Notes under the pieces: model-generated | Seen by the model: the letters and a program-made list of their open reading frames with translations, nothing else | Told to the model about the DNA's origin: nothing | The model's database searches: none | Position numbers and translations under genes: made by a program | Shown here: positions 34,819 through 46,450 of the stretch, piece after piece | Layout: every line of letters begins with the position of its first letter | How positions within the stretch are numbered: position 1 is the first letter of the stretch | NCBI GenBank assembly: GCA_025558095.1 | Contig: JAIVFI010000042.1 | Coordinates: 372,001 to 436,000 of the forward strand | Origin: Hyaloraphidium curvatum SAG 235-1 | Lineage: Eukaryota; Fungi; Monoblepharomycota | Length of the DNA: 64,000 nt | Direction: 5' to 3'

Positions 34819-36154
34819 ATGGCCAACGCTACCGTCCTCTCCGCCGCTGTCCCCGGCGCGCTCCCTCCGCACCTCCTCGCCGACACGTGGTGGGCTGCCC
34901 TCGGCCGGCGGTGGCTCTCGTACGCCGTGCCGATCCACGACGCGCTCGGAGGCTGCCTCACCTTCACGCTGTACTCGTTCGTGTTCCTCTGGGCAAAGTG
35001 GGTGTCCCGGTGGCAACTCGGCCGGGCGCTGCCTGACACTCCGAAGCTGGATCCCAATATACGGCTTCTTCCGCGCCGTGGACAAGTACAACTTCCTCGG
35101 CCTGCAGCGGTACAAGCAGCACCCGGGGCGGTACGAGCCCCAGACGCTCAACGACAAGGTCGTCACGGGCGTGCGGTACGGCTTCTGGCGCGGCGCGATC
35201 CGCAACGCCGTGTTCTACTGGGTGTGGTTCTCTCACGGGCGGATGGACATGCGGGTGTGGCCCAAGTCGCCTGTAAAGGTGGCCCTGGACGTGCTGTTCG
35301 GGTTCGTCCTGAACGACTTCCTGTTCTACTGGTTGGTGCCATCGTCGGAATGGGTATCTCCGGGCGGTCGGCTTACGGTCTTATGGCAGGGCGCACCGCG
35401 CGATGCACCACCCGCGGCTCTACAAGCACCTCCGTGAGCATTCCTAGCCGTTCGTTCCTGCCTTTTCCTGACTCCCGTTTGCCTCCCAGACAAGCAGCAC
35501 CGTGCGTCCCAATTCGTCTCGCTTTTTGCGCACCTCCTGACCTCCTGCCAGACGAGTTCAAGGTGACCAATGTCGGCGCGACGGCGTGGAACGAGGCCTC
35601 GGAGTCCTTCCTCATCATGATCCTGGCCAACACCGTGGCGTGGTCGCTCTCGATGGACCTGTTCACGTGGTGCATGTGGATCATCCTGCAGAACTACTGT
35701 GGGTCGCCTGCCGTGCCCGGGTAGGGGTCGCTGACGCGCCGGGAACGGCAGATGACCACTACGTGCACTCGGGCTACGCGTTCTGGTTCGACCCGGGGCA
35801 GCTCCTCGTCGACCCGCAGTTCCACGACTGTACGTCGACCTGGAGCCCCCTCTTGACTTGCCCGTGCTGACACCGATTCCAACAGGGCACCACTTTGCCA
35901 ACGCGGGTAACTACTCCGTCACCTCCATCTGGGACGTGGCCTTCGGGACAGACCTCAACTTCCGCGCATGGTGCATCCCGCCGTCCGGATTCCACGAACA
36001 CGCCTGACCCGTCCCGCCGAGCAGGAAGATCCGGCAGGAGGAGCGCAGGCTGAAGGGCCTGCAGGAGGAACCCGAGCGGCGGGACGACGGGGACGACACC
36101 GGGGCGAGCTCGGGGTACGTCGGGTTCGATGAGGCCAAGGCCAAGTCGGGATAA
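34819..36154 (+). CDS. Sterol desaturase/fatty acid hydroxylase superfamily protein (ERG25/ERG3-like; 8 exons)
   Basis: Spliced His boxes YWAHRAMHH, HKQHH, HSGY, HDWHH, NY...WDVAFGT; introns 34998-35046, 35332-35389, 35434-35489, 35502-35551, 35699-35751, 35830-35885, 35971-36023. Confidence 0.85.
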
Positions 36155-36312
36155 GCGGACGGTGGGGGACTCTGAAGGTGTGGACATGTGCGTAACTTGC
36201 TGCTTTGGCTTCGTTTGGCCTGTAGATTGTCTGTTGCGGACGATAGAGAGCGAAGGAATGGTGGCCCGTTTTTCGGGATCTATTGCTGTCCCAACCGCAT
36301 CAGAGACGCAGA

Positions 36313-37011
36313 TCAAAAATCCACATCCTGCTCCACAGGGTGCAGCAGTATTTCGTCCACCCGCACGTGCTTGGGCGCCGCCACTGCGTACGCGATGGCC
36401 TCGGCCACGTCCTCAGGCTTTAGCCAGCCCTTCTTGTGCTCCTCCCCCTGCTTCGAGTCCGCGAAGTTGGTGTCCACCATGCCGGGCCTGATCTCGCACA
36501 CCCGCAGGCCATACTCGCGGCCTTCGTAGGCCAGGCACTGCAGCACCGCGCGCTGGGCGTGCTTCGAGGCGGTGTAGAGGGCGCCGCCGGAGAAGGTCCG
36601 CGCCGAAACGTCCGAGGTGACGCAGACGACGGTGCCAGACCCGCGGGAGCGGAAGTGCGGGAGCAGGGACTGCACGCACAGAAGCGTGCCGAGGACGTTG
36701 GTGTCCATGACCGTGCGATAGTCCTCGGCGGTGATGCCGTCGACGGGGCCGAACTTGCCGACCCCGGCGTTCGCGACCAAAGCGGTGCAGCCCTGGGAAG
36801 CCGCGAGCTCGCCAAAGGCCGTGGTGGATGCGGGATCGCGGACGTCCAGGGTGGCCACTGTGAGGTTCGGCGAGGCCAGCGCGGAGAGCGGGGAGGTGTC
36901 GCGGGCGCCGGCGACGACGCGGGCGCCGCGCGAGAGAAGGAGGGAGACAATGCCGTAGCCGATGCCTTTAGAGGCGCCGGTGATGGCGATCACGTGGCCA
37001 GAGAGGCTCAT
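36313..37011 (-). CDS. Short-chain dehydrogenase/reductase (classical SDR), intronless
   Basis: [14 protein letters not shown], catalytic [13 protein letters not shown]. Confidence 0.92.
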   Translation of the reverse strand: MSLSGHVIAITGASKGIGYGIVSLLLSRGARVVAGARDTSPLSALASPNLTVATLDVRDPASTTAFGELAASQGCTALVANAGVGKFGPVDGITAEDYRTVMDTNVLGTLLCVQSLLPHFRSRGSGTVVCVTSDVSARTFSGGALYTASKHAQRAVLQCLAYEGREYGLRVCEIRPGMVDTNFADSKQGEEHKKGWLKPEDVAEAIAYAVAAPKHVRVDEILLHPVEQDVDF

Positions 37012-37169
37012 CCTATGGAGATGCGGGCGAAGGCGGCACAACTCCGTGGACGCGCGATCGGATCGGCACGACCCGAGCCCGACTGTTTACACTTGTTTGA
37101 TCCCGCCGTCTACCCAATGCCGCCCGGTCTGTAGGATCTTTCATCATTTGTCGCGCTGCGAGGGAAACC

Positions 37170-38276
37170 ATGGACGGCGAGGGCGAGAACCCGGCGCCGG
37201 ACGCGGAGGAAAACTCCCTGGAGCTGCCCAACGAGCTCGTCTCGCACATCATGGGCTTGCTCCGAAATCGGGGCTGGAACGCGACGCTGCTGAGGCTCAT
37301 GCTCGTGCAGAAACGCTTCTTTGTGATCGGCCTCCGCATCGTGCTGGACGACCTGCTGCTGGCGCCGGGCGACCCGGCCTGCGAGGCGAAATGGCGGCTG
37401 CTCGAGCGCGGCTTCGAGTACGCGGGGACGACGCCGCACCGCTTCGTGCGCGTGCTGCGCGTCAAGCTCGACGCCGACGTTGGCCCGGCCCGGCTGGACG
37501 CCCTCGGGAAGGCCCTGCGCGGCGCCGACGAGCTTGAGCTCTCGTGCGACGACCCCGTACGCGTGCGCACGGCGTGGAACGCCCTGGCATGGAGCGACAG
37601 GCTCACCCGGCTGTGCCTCCGCCTTACACCCCGGGCGTGGGGCGCCTTCCAGTCAACGAACCGCTTTCCCCGCTCCTTGTCGCGTGTGGACCTCGCCGAG
37701 GGATGTGACACAATGGAGGCCCTCGGCTTTCTCTCGATGATGGAGCGGGCCCCCAACCTCCGCGAGTGGGGGCTGGCGTGCTTTGACCACGTGCCGGCGT
37801 GGGCGTGGAAGAACCTCCCCTCGCTCGCGCGGAGGTTGAGGACAGCGGCAAGGGTGCGGGAGCACTCACTCGAGACTATCCTCGCCGAGCCGGCATTTAC
37901 GATCGAGCGGATGTCGGTGTGCGCTCACGGGCCCTCCCTGGGGAAGCTGGACGCGTACATGCCCCTCCTGACCGGGGTGAGGGAGCTCTCCATTTGCACG
38001 GGGGAACCGGTGACCGTGCGGCCTCTCGCGTTGCTCCCTCCCAACCTGGAGGTGCTCAGCCTGTGGACCAACTCTAGCCCGCGGACGGTGGAGCACTACG
38101 CCGCGCTAGGCCCGCACGGGATGCAGATCCGGACAAGGAAGGAGGAGCTGCTCTCGATGTTCAGGCCGGGGACCGAGGCGAGGACGAGGGAGGGTTTGAT
38201 GCGGAGCGAGCCCATCAGGGACGATTTCTGCGGGTGCACGGCGACGTTGTTCGTCAGGGATGCCGTAGGGCCGTGA
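37170..38276 (+). CDS. F-box/LRR-like protein
   Basis: LELPNELVSHIMGLL...TLLRLMLVQKRF; LRR-like APNLREWGL, LPPNLEVLSL; intact 368-aa ORF. Confidence 0.65.
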   Translation: MDGEGENPAPDAEENSLELPNELVSHIMGLLRNRGWNATLLRLMLVQKRFFVIGLRIVLDDLLLAPGDPACEAKWRLLERGFEYAGTTPHRFVRVLRVKLDADVGPARLDALGKALRGADELELSCDDPVRVRTAWNALAWSDRLTRLCLRLTPRAWGAFQSTNRFPRSLSRVDLAEGCDTMEALGFLSMMERAPNLREWGLACFDHVPAWAWKNLPSLARRLRTAARVREHSLETILAEPAFTIERMSVCAHGPSLGKLDAYMPLLTGVRELSICTGEPVTVRPLALLPPNLEVLSLWTNSSPRTVEHYAALGPHGMQIRTRKEELLSMFRPGTEARTREGLMRSEPIRDDFCGCTATLFVRDAVGP

Positions 38277-38527
38277 TCCCGCCTTTCTGCTGAGTTCGTG
38301 CCTTCTCGTCCGTGAGACGGATGTAATCCGAGCCAGATATTCTGTCCTTATCCATGACGCAGGCCAATCGGACTAGGCTTTCCATCGTGCGTGGAACTCG
38401 CTGATGCCAGCCCCGAATCGGGCCCGAATCGTCCCCAGGCTGAGGACTGCCAGTGATCGAAGTCCGATAGCCGTCGACTCCGGCCCCTTCGACGCCCGCT
38501 CCGCCTTGTTTCTCGACTGCTTATCCG

Positions 38528-40035
38528 ATGAGCACTGAGCCACGCGAATCGTCGGTGTGCTTGGACGCGGGCGACAAGGCCAATGGCGCGGGGGACAGAG
38601 ACGCACCCCTCGCGACGTTCAGCGCGCGAGAATCGGTTGCGCTCTTCCCAGCGCCGCCCGGCCCCGGGACCGACGAACTGGAGGATACGACCCCGACCGA
38701 CCCCGCGGCGGAGCTCAGGGCGTCGTGCCCGCTCTCCCGCGAGGACCTGCTTTCCGGGCTCGCCGCGTCTCCCATCCTCTCCCTGTTCGTGCGCGTGCAG
38801 CTGGTCCTGGCAAAGTATGCCGTGCCGTGGCACAATCTGCGCGCAGCTCTATTTTTCGGAACAGGCCCAGCCCTTGTTTCCATTCAGTGGGCGTTTGCGG
38901 GGGAGCTCGGTCGGTTCTCTCGCCGCAGCTCGCCGTCTCTACTTTCGTCACCCTGCTGCACGTGTCCCTGACCGCCTTTGTGGTCATATTCTTTGGCCAA
39001 GTGTACACGCGCCGCTTTGGCTCGCCGACGGACTTGTCGGCACACCCGCTGGCCGTGTTTGCCCGTTACTACCAGCTTCGCTCAATGGAGCCCGGGTCGT
39101 TGCTTCTTTGCCACGATGCTTCCGATTCTCTGTGTCCATGTGCCAAACCCCTGTGTGCAGGAATGTTGCTCCGTCGAGCGGCCGCGCTGCGCGTGCTCGA
39201 GGCCGTTGTGCACGCCTGCGTTTCGCTCGCTTTCTACTTCACAATTTACCTCTCAATGCCCTCCGTTGCCTACGCATCCATCACCTGGAACTCCCCCTGG
39301 GCGGCAGCGCTCTGCGCTGCTTATTCTGCCTTGGTGGTCGAGTACCACTGGGTCAACCATCTTGCCGGCGCGCGCGCCAACGTCGTCGCCATCCAGCTCG
39401 CCCTGCGGTTGCACCGCCGCGCCTCCATCCTCGCGCTCCGCGGCCTGATTGCGCGCTACCGCACCCTCGCCTCGGCCTATCCCACGTTTCCTTCGCCGGA
39501 GGAGCCGTACCTCCTCTTGCAGGGCGCCCTTGGCCCCACGTGGCGCACGCGAATCGAGCGCGTGACCTCGGGCCCCTCGGTCCTCATCCCCCTCCCCGTG
39601 TACGCCGTCGCGGTCGCGGTGGCCGGGATCGCCCTCGGGAATTGCCTGCCGGCTCCTTCGGTTTCGACGTGCGCAGTGATCGCATTCATCGTGACGGCAG
39701 ACTTGGCGGTGTTCACGGCGAGCAACGCCCACGTGTCGGCCATCACGTCGCTCTTCAGATCGGCGCTCACGTCCCTCCGCCGCGCCCGCTACGAGCTCGA
39801 CAAGGGCGGCGCCGCGGGGTCCGACGCGGCGCAGCGTTTCGGCGACCACCACGACCGCCTCATCTCGGCCTTTTTCGACGCCTCGGACGGCTACTACGCC
39901 AGGTTCATGGGGTTCCGCGTGGATGCTGCCACGGCACGGAACGTTGCGGCGACTGCGCTCACCCTGGGGATCGGGCTGTGGAGCATACTGAGGGGCGGCG
40001 GGGTGCAGGTGACGCTGTACCCGACGTGCGGGTGA
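38528..40035 (+). pseudogene. 7-TM family member 3, single-base frameshift at ~38920
   Basis: cggttctct-cgccgcag lacks one C relative to member 2 (cggttctctccgccgcag); otherwise full-length and colinear. Confidence 0.75.
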
Positions 40036-41350
40036 TGCCGGGCAATCTTAATACAAAGGCAGGCCGAGTGCCGTAATGGTCGTTGGCCGAGTTGCACCTG
40101 AATAAAAAGGGCCCGGTTGATGGAGACTCTTTGACGTTGAGGTTCTTTTCCACGAGCCTTGCGCTTGCGCGAGCGCTGGCTTCCCCGACCGATGACTCGA
40201 CAACTCTCCTTCACAACGGATCCAGAAAACACCATGGAAACCGACACTCCCCTCGTCTTCCCTCCCGAAATCATCTCCCACATCGCGCTCTTCCTTCCCC
40301 GCCGGGGGCTGCTCGTGCTGGCCGGCGCCTCGCGGTCCGCGCTCGCGCTCGTCGAACCGCTCGCGTTCTCGGTCTTTGCGCACGACCCGCGTCCTCTGGA
40401 GCTGCTTGACGAGAGAGTCGAGCGCTGGCGCGCACGCGGATGGCTCCGACACGTCCAGAGGGTCGAGTCGGGCTGCGGTGCGTGGCAGGAGGGAGGCGTC
40501 GACGAGCTGCTCGACCTCTTGTGGAGTCGGACTCTTTGAACGAACCTCGTTTCGGCGAAGCTCGCATTCAGCAACTACGAATCAATGTGCGGCGTGCTGC
40601 GGAGCCTTATTATGCCGCGGAACATCAGCGAGCTTGAAGTCGTGGACCCCTCGGGGAGGCCTTTGCGTGCGGACCCCCTGGGGCCCTTCGAGATCCCGAA
40701 TGTGAAGCACCTCAAGTACTCGGCCAAAGGCATCGATCGTCTGAACTTTGCCATCACGCACCTCGTCAGCGGAAGCTTTAGACTGGAAAGTCTCGACCTG
40801 GGCGTGGACGTCGAGGATTCTGAACGAGTCCACTGGATGATAAACAACTACTCAATTCTGCGCACGATCACAGCTTGGAGCGGTACCGGCAAGGTGTTTG
40901 CTTCGGTTCCTGTGTGATTCAGCCGGCTTCCACCCCCAACGCATTGCGTGCGATGCCGTGGCGGACGGTCCCACGATGAGGGCCCTCGCCGAGCTGCCTT
41001 CGGTCAAGTCGCTCAAGATTGCCGAGCTCACTTCGTCGAGCATCATCCACTGGGGCTTGCCGCGGGGTCTTCGGGAGCTGGTCGTGGACCGCCTGGTTCT
41101 CTCCGCAATCGGACCCCCTGCGAAAGTCCTGCAGCAAGCACGGCGGTTCGACCTCCACGTTTCCGTCGGTTTGTTCTGCATGCCGCCTTTGGAACAAATC
41201 GAAGAGGGCTACAAAGGCGTCGCATCGCTCCAAGGCGAGATCGCGTTGTGGCGGGACGTGGTCGGCGTCGATGTGGTCATGGCACCCGATCTCGCGGAGT
41301 TTCTGGAGGCTGCGGACATGCTACGAAGGTTCCGAACGCCGATGTGCTGG
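38528..41350. repeat. Right arm of inverted duplication IR2
   Basis: Reverse-complement homology to 31499-34276; outer end approximate. Confidence 0.85.
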
Positions 41351-41497
41351 GTCGAAAGCGACGACCGAGCGGGACGTAGATCTGATGCCGTCCTGTCATC
41401 TGACGCCTATGGAGCCCGTAGAGGGGGAAAAGACAGACTTCCGCTGGAAAATGCTTCAGTAGATGACTGTCGGATGAATTCGCGTCTGCCGCGATGA
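40234..41497 (+). pseudogene. F-box/LRR-like gene copy 2 (in-frame TGA 40537-40539 plus frameshift ~40897)
   Basis: METDTPLVFPPEIISHIALFL...WSRTL*TNLVSAKLAFSNYESMCGV; later GTGKV shifts frame into LLRFLCDSAGFHPQRIACD; colinear with 31499-32572. Confidence 0.65.
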
Positions 41498-41608
41498 AGC
41501 CGATGCCCGTGGTGCGCAAGTTGGTGATTATGCAGCGGGCCATTCGGCGCAGCTGGCGGCCCGGCCCGTGGCGGGCCCCCGTCTTCTCCGGCCGGCTTCC
41601 CCCCGCCA

Positions 41609-43513
41609 ATGCCCTCGCCCAAGAAGCCGTGGGAGGTCAACCGGGAAAGCGGCGGCACGACATCGACCCTCGCAGTCCCGCCGGCGGCCGCACCGTCCTC
41701 CGCCGCCGCGCCCGGCCGGCCCGCGTCGCCGCTGCCGTCGTCGTCCGCCGCGGCGCCATCGGTCCCCGCGCGGCCCGCCAGCGGCTTCGGAACCGCTTCG
41801 ACGGGAACGGTCGGCACGTACGGAGGAGCTAACAGGCCAGGTGGGTTGGGTGCGCCGGTGCCGCCGCCGGCCTCTGAACCGGTCCCTGCCCCCATCGCCC
41901 GCCGACCGGCTCCTGGCTCTTCTTGGACCATTTTGCTCGATTGCTTCCTTCTTTGTTGCTCGGACCGGGCCTTCTCTTGTGCCATCGGCCCCCCGCAGGC
42001 ATGTTCGGCTCCTCGACCTATGGCTCCGGCTACGGCACGGGGGGCTACGGCACGGGCGGCTACGGCTCCACCTACGGCTCCAACTATGGCTCGAGCTACG
42101 GCGGCGGCTACAACTCCCCTTACTCCTCCAGCTACGGCTCGGGCTACAACTCGGGCTACGGCGGCTACAACTCCCCTTACTCGTCGGGCTACTCCTCCTA
42201 CTCGTCGCCCTACTCGCGCTTCGGCTCCTACAACTCCCCCTACTCGTCCTACTCGTCCTTCAACCGCCCTTACGGGAGCATGTACGGCTCCAACTACTAC
42301 TCGAACGGGATGAACGACCCGAACGCGCTGAGCCGCAACATGGAGCAGTCGACCGCGGCGGCCTTCGGCGTGCTGGAGAACATCGTGTTTGCGTTCCAAG
42401 GCCTGTCGGGGATGCTCGAGAGCACGTTTCATGCCACGCACAGCAGTTTCATGGCCATGGTGGGTTGGCGTCGGGGGTTCGCCGGGGTTTCTCTGACTTT
42501 GGCCCGGCCTATCCCTTCCCTACCCTCCCCAACCACGCCCAACCTCCTCCCACACCACCTCCCACCCTTTTAACGTGGTCACGTGACCAAATAAGATGTC
42601 CTTGATCGACCAGTTCGGTAACCTGCGGAACATGCTCGGCGGCTTCCTCGGCCTCTTTGGCCTCGTCCGCTTCCTCCGCGACAGCGTCTACTGGCTCCTG
42701 GGCCGGGACCCGCCCGTGCGCGAGCTGACCCCCGACGAGTTCGCGGAATGGGAGCGCTCCGGCGAGACGGTGCTCCCCGACGGCACCGTCGCCCCCGGCC
42801 AGAAGCCGCTCGTCGCGCGGGCCAACCGCAAGCCGTTCCTCCTGTTTTTCCTGTTCGCCATCGGCATCCCGTGGATCTTTTCCAGGCTGGTGAGGTTCCT
42901 CCAGGAGCAGCAGCTCAAGCGGGAGCGCCGCGCACTCGAGGCCGCGGCGGCGAGGGGCGACCCGAACGCCAAGGCGATCCTCGAGGGGCGCGATCCCGCG
43001 GAGCTCGGGCTCGGGCCCGACGGGCAGCCGCTGCCGGGCTTGGCGGGGCCTCCCGGCGCGCCGGGGAAGCTGGTGTTTGCAAAGGCCAAGCACGCGTTCG
43101 AGCCGCAGTCGCCGCAGGAGCTGGCCCTGGAGAGGGGGGAGATCGTGGCGGTGCTCAACAAGGTGCGTCGATCTGCGTCGTTTGGGGCCCGTTGTAATGG
43201 TGTTGATTGTTTTGGTTGGGTACAGACCGACCCCGCGACGGGCCAGACGTCGGAATGGTGGCGCGGCCGCACCCGCGACGGCCGCATGGGCTTCTTCCCC
43301 GGCTCCTACGTCGAGGAGCTCCCCGACCCGTCGTCCAAGCCCGCGCCGCGGCCCGCGAGCTCCGGGAGCGAGCGCACGGCGGCGCCGGCGGGTAGCCCCG
43401 GCGGGCCGGCGGGCAGCCCGGGGGGTGCGCCGGATATGTCGGTGCGGCCGCCGAGCAGGGCGGCGAGCGCGGCGGGGAGTGCGTCGGGGAGGATAGAGGG
43501 GGGGGAGTTTTGA
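41609..43513 (+). CDS. PEX13: Peroxisomal membrane protein Pex13 (4 exons)
   Basis: N-terminal KKPWE, long Y/G/S-rich region, Peroxin-13_N STAAAFGVLENIVFAFQGLSGMLESTFHATHSSF, TM segment, C-terminal SH3 (AKHAFEPQSPQELAL...WWRGRTRDGRMGFFPGSYVE); introns 41841-41998, 42460-42595, 43163-43225. Confidence 0.95.
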
Positions 43514-43958
43514 GGGAGGGTGATGGGGATTGGGCGGGACGTGGGCTCGTTTCGGACGGACCCAGTCTGGACGTCGGCCCTGCGATCGGGAGTTGATCTT
43601 GCGCTTCTCTGGCCAAGTTGTAGATTCTGCGGCGATGAAATAGGAAAAGCAACCGTGATCGTGTTCGTTTGGAGCATCGACCGTCTAATGCTGTCCAATA
43701 CTGAACAAAAGGGCCTTCCGCATCGGTCCGATTAGGTTGTTGTAGTAGGGCAAGTAGATCAGTTTGCCTCTGAAAAGGATGTTTCAAGCACCGGCTACCA
43801 AAGCTTCCATAAGGCGGTGAAGATATTCGCTGCGTGTCGGGCTTCCAGCTTTGAACAGCTCGTGAATCATCTTTTGCTCTTTTCACGCACTACGAAAGGT
43901 GCTCCAAATCGATCCTGTTGGCCGCGTTCCCCTTGACGCCGTGATGACCAGCTCACTT

Positions 43959-44946
43959 TCATCGGAACCAGCGGACGTGATCACGCCGGCCCGCCGTGCC
44001 GGCATCATCCTCCTTCTTCGCAGCTTCCTTTGGACCAGCCAGCTCCCGATCGGCAGCACCGCGTTCCTCCTGCTGCAGCTGCTGATCGCCGATGCCGGGC
44101 TGCTCCGACTCCTCGTCGACCAGATCGAACTCGGGGTGGTTGGCGAACCATTCGTCGTCGATGTCCTCCGGCAAGAGTCCCCGGAGCCGCTGATCCTGGC
44201 CAATGGATGAGCCCGGCCGGCGCGTCCGCAAAGTCAACGTTCACCCACGGCTTCCTCGGCCTCCTCCAGGGGCTCCACGGGCTCCACATCTTCTTCCTCG
44301 GACTCGTCCGCGGAGCCCCCCGCCGTCCCGTGCGCGGGCGCCTCCGCCCCGAGGGACTCCCACGCCAGGTAGCACCGCCCGACCGCGTAGGCGCGCTGCC
44401 CCGCGTCGAAATCCAGGAAGCCGGGCACTTGCGCGAAGTGCTCCAGCAACGGCGGTAGCTTCGAAAAGGCCGCTTCGATGGCCTGTGGTGGCAGCAGCAG
44501 GGTCAGCGAAGCGCGCGTGACCGCGTCCCGAAGGGGCACCCACATGGGGGGGGAGACACCCAATGTGGAACGAACGGTACTCCTTGTACTTGGTTGCCGG
44601 CTCCTTCGGGGTGACCTCGCACACGACAGCCGCTACTGGCTCGTTGAGCTGGCGGGAAGAGGCGACGTCCACGTCACCAGGAGCGGGAACAGGCGACTCC
44701 GCGTCACGAGGGGCAAGCACGTCAACCGCACTCTACCTACCCTCATCCTCTTGTCCCGGCAATCTCTCTTTCGGCACTTGTCCGCAGTGCTCGCCAGCTG
44801 GGCCACAGAGACGCGTAAGAAGCGGGCATCGATCGTTGCGACCGCCCGTGGCCCACGCGGAAGACAACCGGAGGCGCCGTATTGAAGTCGATAGCGGTCC
44901 CGAGCCTCTCCTCTTGAAAGGGCTCTACATCTTCTGCCGACATCGT
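43959..44946 (-). pseudogene. Fragmented hypothetical gene (acidic tail)
   Basis: Four consecutive protein-like ORF fragments on the same strand separated by stops/frameshifts without clear intron signals. Confidence 0.3.
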
Positions 44947-45347
44947 TCCAGGCCGCGGGGGAGGGCTTTGTTTGTTGGCGTCCGGTCGCATCGAGTCCGA
45001 GTCACCGACCGATGCGCGCCGGCGTTACCCGCGCCGAAAAGTCGCCGGACACATGAACACACTCTGGAAGACACTACTGTTGGGTGGAATGGAAGGAGTG
45101 CAACATCTCTTCGTCTGCAGCAGATGTGGGATTGATTCGAGAAGGTCGCTTCGGACAGTTCGGGAATCATCTTTTGGCTCGTCTGACGGCTGAATCATAA
45201 GTGGTCGCAAAGTCGCTCCATCGGCGCAGTGTTCCGTACCGCCGGCCAGTCAGTCTCCGAAACTCCTGCGCTCCTCGTTCCTCCCATTGCCGATCCGCGA
45301 TGCTCGGCATCCTGCCCGACCCTGTTCGCCCCGCGGCCTTCCATCCA

Positions 45348-46450
45348 TCACCAGCACGTCGGGTAGAGCGTCACCTGCACCCCACCGCCCCTCAGTATGC
45401 TCCACAGCCCGATCCCCGGCGTGAGCGCGGTCGCCGCGACGTTCCTCGCCGATCCGGAAGCCCATGAACTTGGCAAAGCAGCCGTCCGAGGCGTCAAAAA
45501 GGCCAAGATGAGGCGGTCGTGGTGCGCCGCGATGTGCTGCGCCGCATCGGATCCGGCCGTGCCCTTGTCGAATTCGCAGCGCGCGCGGCGGAGCAACCCC
45601 CGCGCGGATCCGAGCAGCGAGGAGATGACCGACACGTGGGTGTTGCTCGCCGCGAACACGACCAGGTCCGCGGCGACGAGAAAGGCGACCAAGGCCGCCG
45701 TGGCCAGCGAGACAGCGAGACGGCGGGGAGGCAGTTCCCAAGGGCGAGCCGCGCCGCGGCGACCACGACGGCGTTCAGCGGGAAGGCGATCGCGAGCGAG
45801 GGACCGGAGGTGACGCGCTGGATGCGGGTTCTGGGCCATGTCCGGCCGAGGGCGTCCTGCAAGAGGAGGTACAGCTCCTCCGGCGGAGGATATGAGGGAT
45901 AGGCCGAAGCAAGGGTGCGGTAGCGCACGAAGAGGCCGCGGAGCGCGAGGGTGGAGGCGCGGCGGTGCAACCGCAGGGCGAGCTGGATGGCGACGACGTT
46001 GGCACGGGCGCCGGCGAGCACGTTTACAAGGGTGTATTCCACGGCCAGGGCAGCGAAAGCAGTGCAGAGCGCTGCGGCCCAGGGGGAGTTCCAGGTGATG
46101 GATGCGTAGGCAACGGAGGGCATTGAGAGGTAGATTGTGAAGTAGAAAGGAGCGAAACGCAGGCGTGCACAACGGCCTCCGCACGCGCAGCGCGGCCCCT
46201 CGACGGAGCAGCCTCCCTGCACACCGGGGCTCGGCACATGGGCACAGAGAATCGGAGGCATCATGGAAAAGAAGCAACGACCCGGGCTCCATTGAACGAA
46301 GCTGGTAGTTACGGGCAAACACGGCCAGCGGGTGTGCCGACAGGTCCGCCGGCGAGCCGAAGCGGCGCGTGTACACTTGGCCAAAGAATATGACCACAAA
46401 GGCGGTCATGAACACGTGAAGCAGGGTGACGAAGGTGGAGACGGCGAGCG
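45348..46450 (-). pseudogene. 7-TM family member 4, 5'-truncated with multiple frameshifts
   Basis: Begins at LAVSTFVTLLHVF (TM2); pieces in alternating frames; ends GLWSILRGGGVQVTLYPTCW; most similar to member 3. Confidence 0.8.

Noticed and set aside
42010-42300. Low-complexity tac/ggc/tcc repeats as a separate repeat or prion-like gene
   Set aside because: This is the normal YG-rich region of Pex13
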